From: Balanoglossus misakiensis
Taxonomy: Eukaryota > Animalia > Hemichordata
DNA length: 64,000 nucleotides
Reading direction: 5' to 3'
Assembly (NCBI GenBank): GCA_040954595.2
Contig: CM082578.2
Coordinates: 16,600,998-16,664,997, forward strand
Numbering within the stretch: the stretch's first letter is position 1; every line of letters begins with the position of its first letter. Made by a program: the position numbers and the translations under genes. Below the pieces are notes generated by a model, which ran no database searches, had not been told where the DNA came from, and worked only from the letters and a program-made list of their open reading frames with translations. Shown piece by piece: positions 40,901-51,001 of this stretch.

Positions 40901-43900
40901 TGGGAGGATTTGGAGAAAATATATGAGCGGCTCACCCTGAAGGTTACGTATACCTCCAATCATTAATATTACATACAACGGCATATATGAGGGGGTTGCC
41001 ACAGGAAACGATGCTGACCTTGTCACGAGGTCACCCATCCCGAGGTAACGGAAATGCTTATCGGAGAATTATGTAAGGTGATCTGTTACTGAGGTGATAA
41101 CCACCGCAAAAGGGCTGGCTGAGATTTCATCTTCGAAGAACATTTCTAAGCAATTTGGGCCAATTGTAATCTGACATTACTATCTGACTTTTGCCGAGCT
41201 GGAGGAACTAATTGAAAATTAAAGAGCACTATTCCGCAGACACGTTCATGCCGGTGATTCTCCAGAGAGGCGTCTTTTTTCAGAAAGGAATGAAGTCATT
41301 ATATTCATCTTGACGTGTAATCACTTCGTTAAGAGCTTATAGAATATCAACGGCAGCGCTGCATGCTGCTGCCGGGAATATTTACCCAATCATGCCGATT
41401 CATGGCTTCTGAAAGGAAAATATATTCGCTTCGCGTCTTGTCGATTTCTTTCTAATTAATTGTTCGCTCACTTATTCATTCTGTGAAATTGCGCATGTTT
41501 CTGCTCACTTAGACTCGAGGCTTTCCATGCTTGGTGTTTTTCACTCAGACGGTTGCATTTCAACCCGGGAGCTTTTACCACCCGCAAGAGCAGCTTGGTG
41601 AATGTACGGGATTCGAATCAGTTGTACCATAGCAACTATCAGCTAGATGGAAAGGGTAGAAAGACATACATACAGACAGACAAACATACGGACCTACATG
41701 CGCATAAATACATAGATAAATATGTATATATAAACAAACATACACGAAAATACACAAAGACGTCATAGTATTAACACGACGGCATTGTGCTAATTGTCTT
41801 GATATGAAATGGCTGCCCTTAGTCTCAAAGGAATGTTGGAAATATCACCATGCGCTTGATCATCATTTAAGGGAGTGTCTTGGGAAATTCACCCTGTCGA
41901 ATTACAAATTGTCTGTTGACTGCTTAAGGTGTTAGGGCATAAATTACGATTTTCTGAGATCTGAGACATAAACACTACAGTCACGTTCAGTGGTCCAATC
42001 ATGCGTGTGGATCACGAGGCAGACAGTTCAGCGAACCTTAAGCAATTGGCGAAAATCATACAGCAACAGGTTTTGTAAAGCGTCTTCCCGCGGCTTTTGT
42101 CGGCTGCTTTCATTTTCTTGAAACTTGAAGGTATTGGACGGGAGTTTAGAGTAATCAGTTGATTGGGAAAGTACCACGTCACATTATTTGGTCAAACGTC
42201 TTGAGCATAATGTTTGACACTCTTTTTAGTGATGAAGGCAAAATCGTCACGCAAGTGCTGAGATCTACACTGCGTGACATGGAAAAAAAATCATGTTTGC
42301 ATGAATGTTTGCGCCATGATCGTGAGACGAATATGTCAAATGAGTCTATTCACATCAAATGCAGTTTGCTTTACGGTTACTGTCAATCCACAAATCATGT
42401 GAATATTTCACATTTATCTTGCGTGAATTTTTCGTTCAGCAGTCCAATAATTTTCTTTCGTTATTGGTCGAAATTTGTCTGTAGCATAATAATATATGAG
42501 TGTATAGTGTGACTAGTACAGTATAACCTTTAGTCACGTATGGTATTGTAAATTAAATTTGTATTATTATGATTCCTGTGGAACATTCGCTCAGAGGTCA
42601 CGCGTAATGATGGCGCAGAAAGGGAGGGGTAGACATAATTTTAACTGGCAACCCAGGGGGTTTTATGTTTGCATGTGACGAATCTAATGGGAAATTCCTA
42701 CGACCTTGCCCATCTTGAATTATTGAGAAGTCCGTTTTAGTTAAAAGACGAAAATAATAATGCCTTTTTAAATGTTGGAAACAAATCAGCGATTCCCTGT
42801 AGGGCGGGTCTCTATAGGATAAATCGTTGTTAAACTGCTTATAATGGTGTAAAGCCAATCGGAAAGAAACCCGTGATATGAGGGGCTGTTGAAGCATATA
42901 TAGTACAGAAACAACGATTAACAAAAAACTCTTTGAACATCTCATTTTGTAATCAACTCAAATTAATTGGTTTCACGGTATGACGCTCCAGATCTATTGG
43001 TTATGTGAAAAAACTAATAGTTTCGGTTTCAAAGGACCCCTTGCAATGAGTAAACGAGCGCAGCATGGACGTCACGTTATTGTCTTTTACGCGCCACTCC
43101 ATATTCGATGCTATCTCATTTTGTGACCTGTCGGGTTTTGTTAAAACATTCCATATCTGGCTTCAAATAATCATGAGCTATGTTTAAAGTAAATCTTGAC
43201 AGGTTTTACACTTGATGCAAGGTTAATATCTACCTGATGTGTTCTCTAAAAGCAAATAACAGTGCTCAGTGCAAATTTGTCGTGGAGTGAATTAACAACT
43301 CATTTCGTCGAGTCCACAGTGAGAAATCACATTTCGCTCGTCACGGAGCAGCGGGATGTTCCATGTTGTCAAGGCAACTATAACCGTCCCAAGATGGGAT
43401 AACATGCACGTCGGCTACTCTAATGCCATTTTCAATCGCAGATGACAAAATTGGCTCAAAGATTGTTGCGTGATTGTTGAAAACAGATGTACAGCCAAAG
43501 GGATAGTTTTTGAAACGAAGGTGACTAATGTGTAATTTCATGATGATTTGAAGAATAACGAACTTCTCTATTCTCGTGTCCAATTTATAGCCAAGCAGTT
43601 TCACCGAGTTATACCGTCAAATATAAAACAAAACTAAAAATCTTTCACTATACACTGAGGTAAACTGCATATCACCCTTAACACGACCGCACCGAAATTC
43701 TGGTCTCACATTCATAGGCAGGCTATTTCATAGAGCTATATGATCAAATTAAAAAATAGCAAACTTCCGATGAAAACTGTGTTTCTTATGGACAAAGGCA
43801 GAAAAGCAAATCAGAGCACACGAAAACATGTTTTTGCAGACATTTAAATGACTCGCGTTTGAAGGAGACGTTCTACAGACATCAAAACCAACACAATGGC

Positions 43901-43995
43901 ACCGGTTAATTCAGTAATTGAAAACAAGGCTTACTTCCTGTGATTGTCGCATATGTTGTTTTATAGTTTACCACACTCACGTGAGTGAAGCAAAT

Positions 43996-44074
43996 TTCAT
44001 TCATTCATTCATTCGTTCGTTCATTCATTCATTCATTCATTCGTTCGTTCGTTCGTTCACTCACTCATTCATTC
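43996..44074. repeat. (TTCA/TTCG)n microsatellite
   Basis: ttcattcattcattcattcgttcgttcattc... Confidence 0.92.
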
Positions 44075-45862
44075 ATGAAAACAAAAGGACATGGTCCTAA
44101 GAGTTAGATAAGGCAATTACAGATAAAAGAATCTCAATATTTTAAAACTCTATAGCAAATTGCAAAAAGTAATATACCTCCTACCTATGTCATAGCAAAT
44201 CAATTTTTATCTCATTTAACCAACATTCATCAATACAGCAGACGTGAACCTACTTGTTTACGTGATCTGCCATCGACCATGACTTCAGTCTGGGAATTGT
44301 TACGTTGATGTTGACGACGAAGCGCATAATAGCATCACTAACATTTGACCTTCGACCCAGTTCATGCTTTCTCAGCTGAGTACTGAAAATTGATCGAACT
44401 TCTATCTCAGTTCCTAAATTATCAGGTAACGCTATATTCCATTGTCAGCAGCACTTCCTCGCAGTCTGCAAATATCAACGCTGTCTCTGGACTTACTTCA
44501 GGTAGATAGTTTTGAACGAGGGCACCTGAATTCATCTTGGCTTTCACTTCGTTGGCGTACCGAACAAAATATATTTTCATATCACAATGAATTAAAAGCC
44601 AGACATGCATGGGAACACATATCTCCGACACCTTTACATTGTTATGATTCTCATTTCTCTTCATTTTGAAGCATTTTTAATGGAAAATGATTGCATTGCT
44701 TGCAGTTATGTCGATATAGCGATATGGCGATTTTCATTTCGATGATTTACGAGTAGTGTCTAGCCTTCCTCTGTGCTGTGTTGAGCATTTCCATAGTAAT
44801 TCATTATACAGCAACTACAGTGGAACAATCACAACCATCTATAGCGATACTGCGATTATGAGATTTTGGGCATATTGATCTCTGAACTCTATAGGTAGTG
44901 ATGAGCGACAGTGTTGTTGTGCATATATGCATTCCAATTTGAGTTTTGTTTACTTCGGTAATTGTGATCTTAAACATTCCTTTATTGACCAACACGAAGA
45001 AAAGCACATGTAGGCCTAGTGTGATTTGAATTATAGTCGCGCGATTTAACTTTTAACTTATGAAATTTCAATAAAAGAAAAAATACTGATTGAAAATTTC
45101 CAAATCATAATTATACCAAATAAACATACTAAGGTTCAATTTTCTCATATTTTGGTGACATTACAAAATCATACAAAAGCTATTAAGAACATTCAATTTA
45201 GAGATATAGTGGCATTGCTTGGTGTGGGAATTCATTAATTTTATCTAACGAAATATAGGCCTACAGTCAGCAAACCAGCAATTTACCCATCCAGTTTGTT
45301 GAATATTGATATGGAATTGCCGTTTTATTTTGGCATGGTGTTTTTGTATGGCTTCACTTGTGTGGTGGTGTTGCCATGGTGACCGTTATTAGATTGACTT
45401 GCATGTCAATCAAGCTAAGGATGGAGGGGTTTCCCCTTCTCGCCCTTGGTGAGTGATCATGACCATATAAACTTATACACCAATCAGAAGCGCGTTCTTG
45501 GTCACGTGATTAGCCTGTCTACGTGCGTTTGGGCACGTGATTAGCCTGTCTAGAATATTAGCGTCTGTCTGTTGAAAGAAGGAACCTCAAGTTTCAGTTC
45601 TGTACAACTTTTCCTGATTAGTACCGTTTATCCCTACCGGATAGCCAGCCCGGGTTACCGATCGCGAGATCTAAGACGTGTAACCCTTTGCAGTTCGGTG
45701 TGGGCCGATTTTTTTCGTCAAGACCCGTGCTTTACGGCGAGTTCCGACCGCCGTGTTTAGAGACAGTGCTGTTTGTGCATGTGAGAGGCTCGCATGGTTC
45801 CGCATACGTGTCGCTACCAGTTCGGGTTTCCGTTTGTTGAGAACAGTTGTGTCGTTGTATGA

Positions 45863-45982
45863 AAAAGAGGACACAGGAGTTAGGGGTGGGTGTGTTGAGC
45901 TCTGGGCACCGTACTCCTCACGGGATCTGTTAACGCAGGTCAGCGCAACACGTTTACCCCGGACTTTTGTATTGCCTTTTTT
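45863..45982 (+). other. Conserved structured cis-RNA element in retroelement leader (copy 2)
   Basis: Same fold as 10398-10519; 45891-45962 is identical to 10427-10498 (72 bp). Confidence 0.6.
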
Positions 45983-46241
45983 GCTGTGATTTGAGAGCTA
46001 CACAGTGTTTTGGTATTCATCGTCCGATTAGAACTCTGTGTCGACAGTCCGATTTTTTTGGTTTGTGTTGTTTTTATTTAGATTAGAAAGCATATCGCAG
46101 TATAAGGAGGTTGTTTGCAACAGTAAGGTTGATTCCGGGTTCGAGAGAATGCACGTTAATTCTGCAGTCATGTCTGATGAAGCCGTAAAATCTCTGCTCG
46201 TTTCATCGGGCAACAGGGGGGAGGTCAGGCAGGGGTCGAAG

Positions 46242-46307
46242 TAGCTCTGGACTTATGCGCTGTTTGGGTCTACGCTGCTCTCCAAACAGCGCATAAGTCC
46301 AGAGCTA
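46242..46307. mobile_element. 66-bp hairpin MITE with 26-bp perfect TIRs and 9(-10)-bp target-site duplication
   Basis: tagctctggacttatgcgctgtttgg (46242-46267), a 14-nt spacer, then the exact reverse complement (46282-46307). Flanked by gggtcgaag at 46233-46241 and 46308-46316. The paralogous site near 10792-10802 has one copy and no insert. Confidence 0.88.
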
Positions 46308-46440
46308 GGGTCGAAGTTGATAAATGAGCGTTTCCCTAGGGAGAGTTGGTCGAAATAATAATAGGGATGACAAGAGCAACTCACATTACTCTGAATTCAG
46401 TGTCAACACCGGAAAAACAATTTTTGTTGTCAAACAAGAA

Positions 46441-46920
46441 ATTGATTATGGTAGCGCAGATTATAGTGAATTTTAAACTCACTCCAAATCCAATATTTTT
46501 GTAGGTTTGAATGGTTGGTCACATGACCAGAAATACAGCATTCTTATGTCTCGTTTACGTGGCAGGGCATTACGCTTTGTTTCTCATGGTGTGGCAATGT
46601 GAAAACTTATAATGACCTGTGTAAAATTCTAGGTCAGTGATTTGGGACTATACATATGCTAGATGTTTACAGACTTTCAGTGAAAATAATTGTATGTGGT
46701 AAAACCAGTCTCTGCATGAATTGGCACAGCAAGTCCATGAAATTATCATTGAAGCTTACCCTGGTGTCACTGGTTCAGTTTTTGAACGATTGTGCATTGA
46801 GACCTTTGTGAGGCAATCTCTGATATGTCTTTGCAAAGAAAAATACATGAAGCTAGTCAATTACCTGATGCAACCTTAGACAGTGTCCTTCATTTGGTTT
46901 TGTTGGAAGAACGTTTTTAA
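46441..46920 (+). pseudogene. gag: Decayed retrotransposon gag (capsid) coding relic
   Basis: Manual translation across 3 frameshifts and stops: IDYGSADYSEF*TH..VGLNGWSHDQKYSILMSRLRGRALRFV / KTYNDLCKILGQ*FG / NQSLHELAQQVHEIIIEAYPGVTGSVFERLCIETFV / EAISDMSLQRKIHEASQLPDATLDSVLHLVLLEE. This fits the Ty3/Gypsy gag pattern NGW..K..L...L.G.A...Y..L...L..RF...SL..LA......AYP. Confidence 0.8.
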
Positions 46921-49900
46921 ACTTTACAAAAACATGGCTGTTCTGTGGGTAAATTGTTTCAAGTAGCAGACAGTGAGAATAACCAGTCTACTGGGAAAGT
47001 TGATACACATGTTTTCAAAAATTATGAAAAGCCTGAAGAAATGTTTTTTTATACAGTAGACAAATGGATAAAATGATCAGATAAGAGTCATTTGGCAATT
47101 TATCTGACCAGTTCAACTGAAGTTCAAACAGAAACATTAGGTGCAAATGATGAATGTACATTTGTGGTGATCAAAGCTGAAGGAGAACAGGAATATTCAC
47201 TGTTTTACTGAGCATATACTTTGGTCGAAACAAGCCCCAAAATAACTTAATCTTGCTGAGTGGCTGTTTTGCTTGTGGTTTTGATTATTTGACTTATTGA
47301 ACATGCGCCAGAAGGGAAATGTGGTAAATGCCAACATGGAAGGGGAAAATAAGATAATGATGACGATGCATACACATGAAAAACCCTCAGGTGAATTACA
47401 CTAGAAAATTGGGACTGTGTCACCTATGGGTGTTTTCCTGTTGGTTTCATGCTGACCTTAATTTGTGTGGCTTCGTTGAAGAATCAATTTATTTTGCGGT
47501 TAATTTGTTCAAATGAAGCCCTATCCAGTATGTATCATGATACTCCAAAGCTAGGAAGACTTGTGTAAATTAGTTTAATGAAATGTCTTTCTCTGTAGTG
47601 AGGGTTTGCTCCCTTTCAATTTGGTGTTCACCGTGTCACAGGGTTTTACAACGTGAAAAATTAAAAACTGACTAAGAAACAAGATAAATAAAAGTTAGTT
47701 TTTAAAAGGATGAAGTACTCAAATACAACCGGGATACTTTTTGTTGACGTCATTCGTTAAGAATGTTGTGACATAACTGACACCAATTTTCCTTCGTGGA
47801 AATGTTAGTGTCTTACAAAGAGTGCACTGTCAATCTTGCAGGATTATATTTCGTGTATCAATGCACGACTAATGGGTGGCTCAGTAGCAGTCGTAAATAA
47901 TACCAGCATGACCTTAATCTTTAGGGATGCATGTCCCCATTTAATTTGTTTTTCTTTTCTTTAAAATCTTTAATGACTCTTCAGCAGCTTAAAGGTGTAC
48001 ACAAAATGTCGCCTCAAGAAAGAATATTACTATGCATTATATGCCCTGTTTTGTGAAAATGCCCAAGGGGATCAATTATAAGATATAAAGGACATACATG
48101 TGCTAAGGTTAATGAAGTCCCCAGTCAGTGACCGCCATTTAAGAATTGTTCAAGGGTCATTATTTAATGTAGAATTCACCAATGAAAACAAATTAAGATG
48201 AACATTGTCATTGGGTGCTGAAGAGTGAGGCATTTCTTTATTTCAAAACTCAACAAACCCTTATTTCTTGAGTTTCTACAATGGAATGTACTCCGGTTAA
48301 AAGATAAAATGAAATAACAAAAGTTGCCATGTTCTACAAGACAACTGGCTAGTCCATGCTTGCTCTACGATGATATTTCATGGTGATTTATTATTCATGT
48401 ATATCTCCAGGTACCCTCAACGACTCTTTCAGATTTCTCTGACTTACCAACTGGTAAAGTCTGACTTTCAAAAATAGTGTCAACAATATTTGACCATTCA
48501 TAAAACATTTCCACTTTTCTGCGAGCAGTTATCCTGCTCTACCGCTGAACAGATTTTTTTATCGACTACGCTGGTGTCCCTGTACCAGAAAGACAAATGG
48601 CTCTCATGAAATGATAATTTTCTTATTCATGATATCCATAATATTTCAATGTCACGCGTATTTCTTCTGTCGCCTGTCTGCCGCGGGTATAGAGGAAATC
48701 GCAGCTGGTTGCCAAATAGTTTCCCATCCAATACACGCAGGAACACTGTTGGACTATAAATCGCTGAGGTGAAATTAGCCAGAAATGTTTCACTCGTGAG
48801 TGTCACGCTCTCCAGATTTCTTTCTCTGTCTCATATTTCTTTCTGCTGTCGTTGTGCGTGACTTCATGTGAAACGCTCATGACATACTAATTGGCTCGTA
48901 GAGTGTACATGGAAATTACTTCAGTCTAAATATCTAACACTTTCTTTTACAATGTCGTTGATATAACTCATGCAGTTGATCACTGAAACGTGTGCCAGAA
49001 TTTTCAAACCTTAGTAGATATCCGTCCGTTGACACATATTCCCATGGCAGAGAACCGCCCTCTTTACATTAAGAGCAGGAAAGGCCAAAAGTGTGTTGTA
49101 GGTGGCACGACCTCACAGCTCTCTACCGAATCTTGGTGTAATCTCGTGAGCATAATGAGGCACGTGAACTTTAACTGATAGTAATCTCAACTGCCCAGTA
49201 GGCTTTCTGCTGAATGACTTTGGCTTCCCTTGCCAAATGATGGAAATGTTTTGTCGGAGACTTCCGTGAGAAACGCTCCTGTGCAGAAAAATATATCCTA
49301 AATGTTCTTCAGCGGTTAATGACACCATGTGATAATTGCCTTTCAAGCGCGCTCTTGGTCTTTTCTTTCTGTCTTGGTCTTTTCACTCTGTAGGGACAGT
49401 GTCAGAAGAACACAAATTTAGTTAATTTATGTATTACCTCCAAGCAATAGCCTGAACAAATGGTGTGCCCATACAATCAGTTTTCAATCAAGACATGGCG
49501 TGAATTTGTGAGACGAATACTTTATAGTCGCTATTAAATGCGATTAATTATGTTGTCGCACAGAAAGACTTTACTGTCTATGTGTCCTTGTTGCATACAA
49601 ACTTAAAAAAATATATGTTGTCACTCAAGACTTCAACAATTGCGTTAATGCTGTGTTTTCAGTTGTCAAAAAACAACTTTTCCAAGCCTGCACTTTGTAA
49701 CTCTCTCTCCATGCTCAAGGCACTTTTATTTGCGCAAACTGTAAATATTTCAGCTTTGCTACTCTCATATACATGTATGATGTGATTCAGACATTGTTAT
49801 TACATAAGTCGGTTAACAATGACGAATTAACAGTTGCCTGTGCAAACATGGTTGTATTATATAGATTTGGAAGTAGATGTATATCGCCAAGCTGTTAATT

Positions 49901-49928
49901 CATGAGAGATTTTGGCAGTAACTGAGAA

Positions 49929-49959
49929 TCCTTTTCCTCCTTTTCTCTTCATTTTGTAG
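49929..49959 (+). promoter_or_regulatory. 3' splice acceptor upstream of GPCR paralogue 2
   Basis: Long polypyrimidine tract tccttttcctccttttctcttcattttgtAG, 28 nt before the ATG. Confidence 0.75.
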
Positions 49960-49987
49960 GCTGCTGGAAACTGCAGCATCATTAGAG

Positions 49988-51001
49988 ATGACGTCAGCAA
50001 CGATGTCATCAGTGGCTGGCAACCAGTCGTACAACATCGATGACGAGACGTTGACCCCAGCACAGAGTTGTCTGTGTGCTAATGAATTGGATATTACCTT
50101 TGCCTTTTACATGGTGACGAGCACCGTCTCACTGTTTGCGAACATTGCATTCTTTTTGGTAGTAGTCCGAGTCAAAACTATGAGGACGTTGCCCAACTTT
50201 TTGTTCATAAATCTCTCGCTGGCTGACACGCTCTTCATGACATACTCGATCCTTCACCTCATCGCCAAAAAGTTCCACGTGAGAAGACTCTTGCTCTTTC
50301 ACGCAAACGGCGGGCATGCGATCACGGACGTGGCTTTCTGCGTGTCCATGTTGACGGTCACCCTGATCGGTGTGAGCCGTTACATTGCCATCTGCCATCC
50401 GTTCAAAGCACAGAGGCTGAAACTGCGCAGTGCGACACGAATAGCGGGATGTGTCGCTTTCTGCTGGATCTACGGGATCGTTGTAGCTGTTGCTGATGTG
50501 CTCATTTACAGAAGCAGTCTCCAGGAAAGTCTGTTCGTCGTTCTGTTGGTTCTCCTGGTCTTTTGTATCGTCGTGTCGATCCTCGTCGTCTTTGTGTGTT
50601 ATGTCCTGATAGCAAAGAAGATGTTATTGACAAGCCAGTACCGATCTACAGCACACACCAAGGATGGGCGCCACACATGCATTTCTGAGGAAAACCAGGT
50701 TCTCTTTCTCAGCATCGCCATCACCGTGGTGTTTTTCATCAGTTGTTCACCGTTGGCGGCGCTGTACTTAGTTGTCCCTTTTCTGACGGTCTACAAAGGC
50801 ACAATCACGAGGGAACGTTTACTTTGCCTCGCCTTCACCGCCAGAATCATGGTGTTATTGCATTTTGCTTTGAATCCCATCTTATACAACATTGGCAGTA
50901 AAAACCACCGGACTGCTTTTCGCAAAGTTTACAGACAAACAAGAACAAGACAGAAAAAAATTGTACTGCATAATATTCATCGACTCTTTCCCTTGAAGTG
51001 A
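49988..51001 (+). CDS. Orphan class A GPCR, paralogue 2, 337 aa, close relative of paralogue 1
   Basis: TM2 LFINLSLAD, TM3 GVSRYIAICHPF, TM6 FFISCSP, TM7 LNPILYN. Shares blocks with paralogue 1 (GGHxITDVxFCVSMLTV, CISEExQVL, LNPILYNIGSxNHRxAF). Sequon NQS. Acceptor cttttctcttcattttgtAG ends at 49959; AATAAA at 51297-51302. Confidence 0.95.
   Translation: MTSATMSSVAGNQSYNIDDETLTPAQSCLCANELDITFAFYMVTSTVSLFANIAFFLVVVRVKTMRTLPNFLFINLSLADTLFMTYSILHLIAKKFHVRRLLLFHANGGHAITDVAFCVSMLTVTLIGVSRYIAICHPFKAQRLKLRSATRIAGCVAFCWIYGIVVAVADVLIYRSSLQESLFVVLLVLLVFCIVVSILVVFVCYVLIAKKMLLTSQYRSTAHTKDGRHTCISEENQVLFLSIAITVVFFISCSPLAALYLVVPFLTVYKGTITRERLLCLAFTARIMVLLHFALNPILYNIGSKNHRTAFRKVYRQTRTRQKKIVLHNIHRLFPLK

Larger units (their letters stand above)
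45421..46920 (+). mobile_element. Gypsy-type LTR retrotransposon relic, copy 2 (LTR, leader, decayed gag; may extend to ~47.5 kb)
   Basis: 45421-45660 aligns by eye to 10048-10260 (atggaggggtttccc...caccaatcagaag...cacgtgattagcctgtcta...tccctacc.gatagccagcc). 45832-46405 aligns to 10370-10917. The LTR end and PBS are missing in this copy; a gag-like frame follows. Confidence 0.82.

Noticed and set aside
41015-41033. Nuclear-receptor everted repeat TGACCT-N7-AGGTCA
   Set aside because: A single occurrence in 64 kb with free spacing is not distinguishable from chance.
45902-45941. Call as an active hammerhead or HDV-like ribozyme
   Set aside because: The core reads CUGGGCA/GAU rather than CUGANGA/GAAA, and the UCCUCAC loop lacks a valid P3/P1 pseudoknot. 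Kept only as a structured element.
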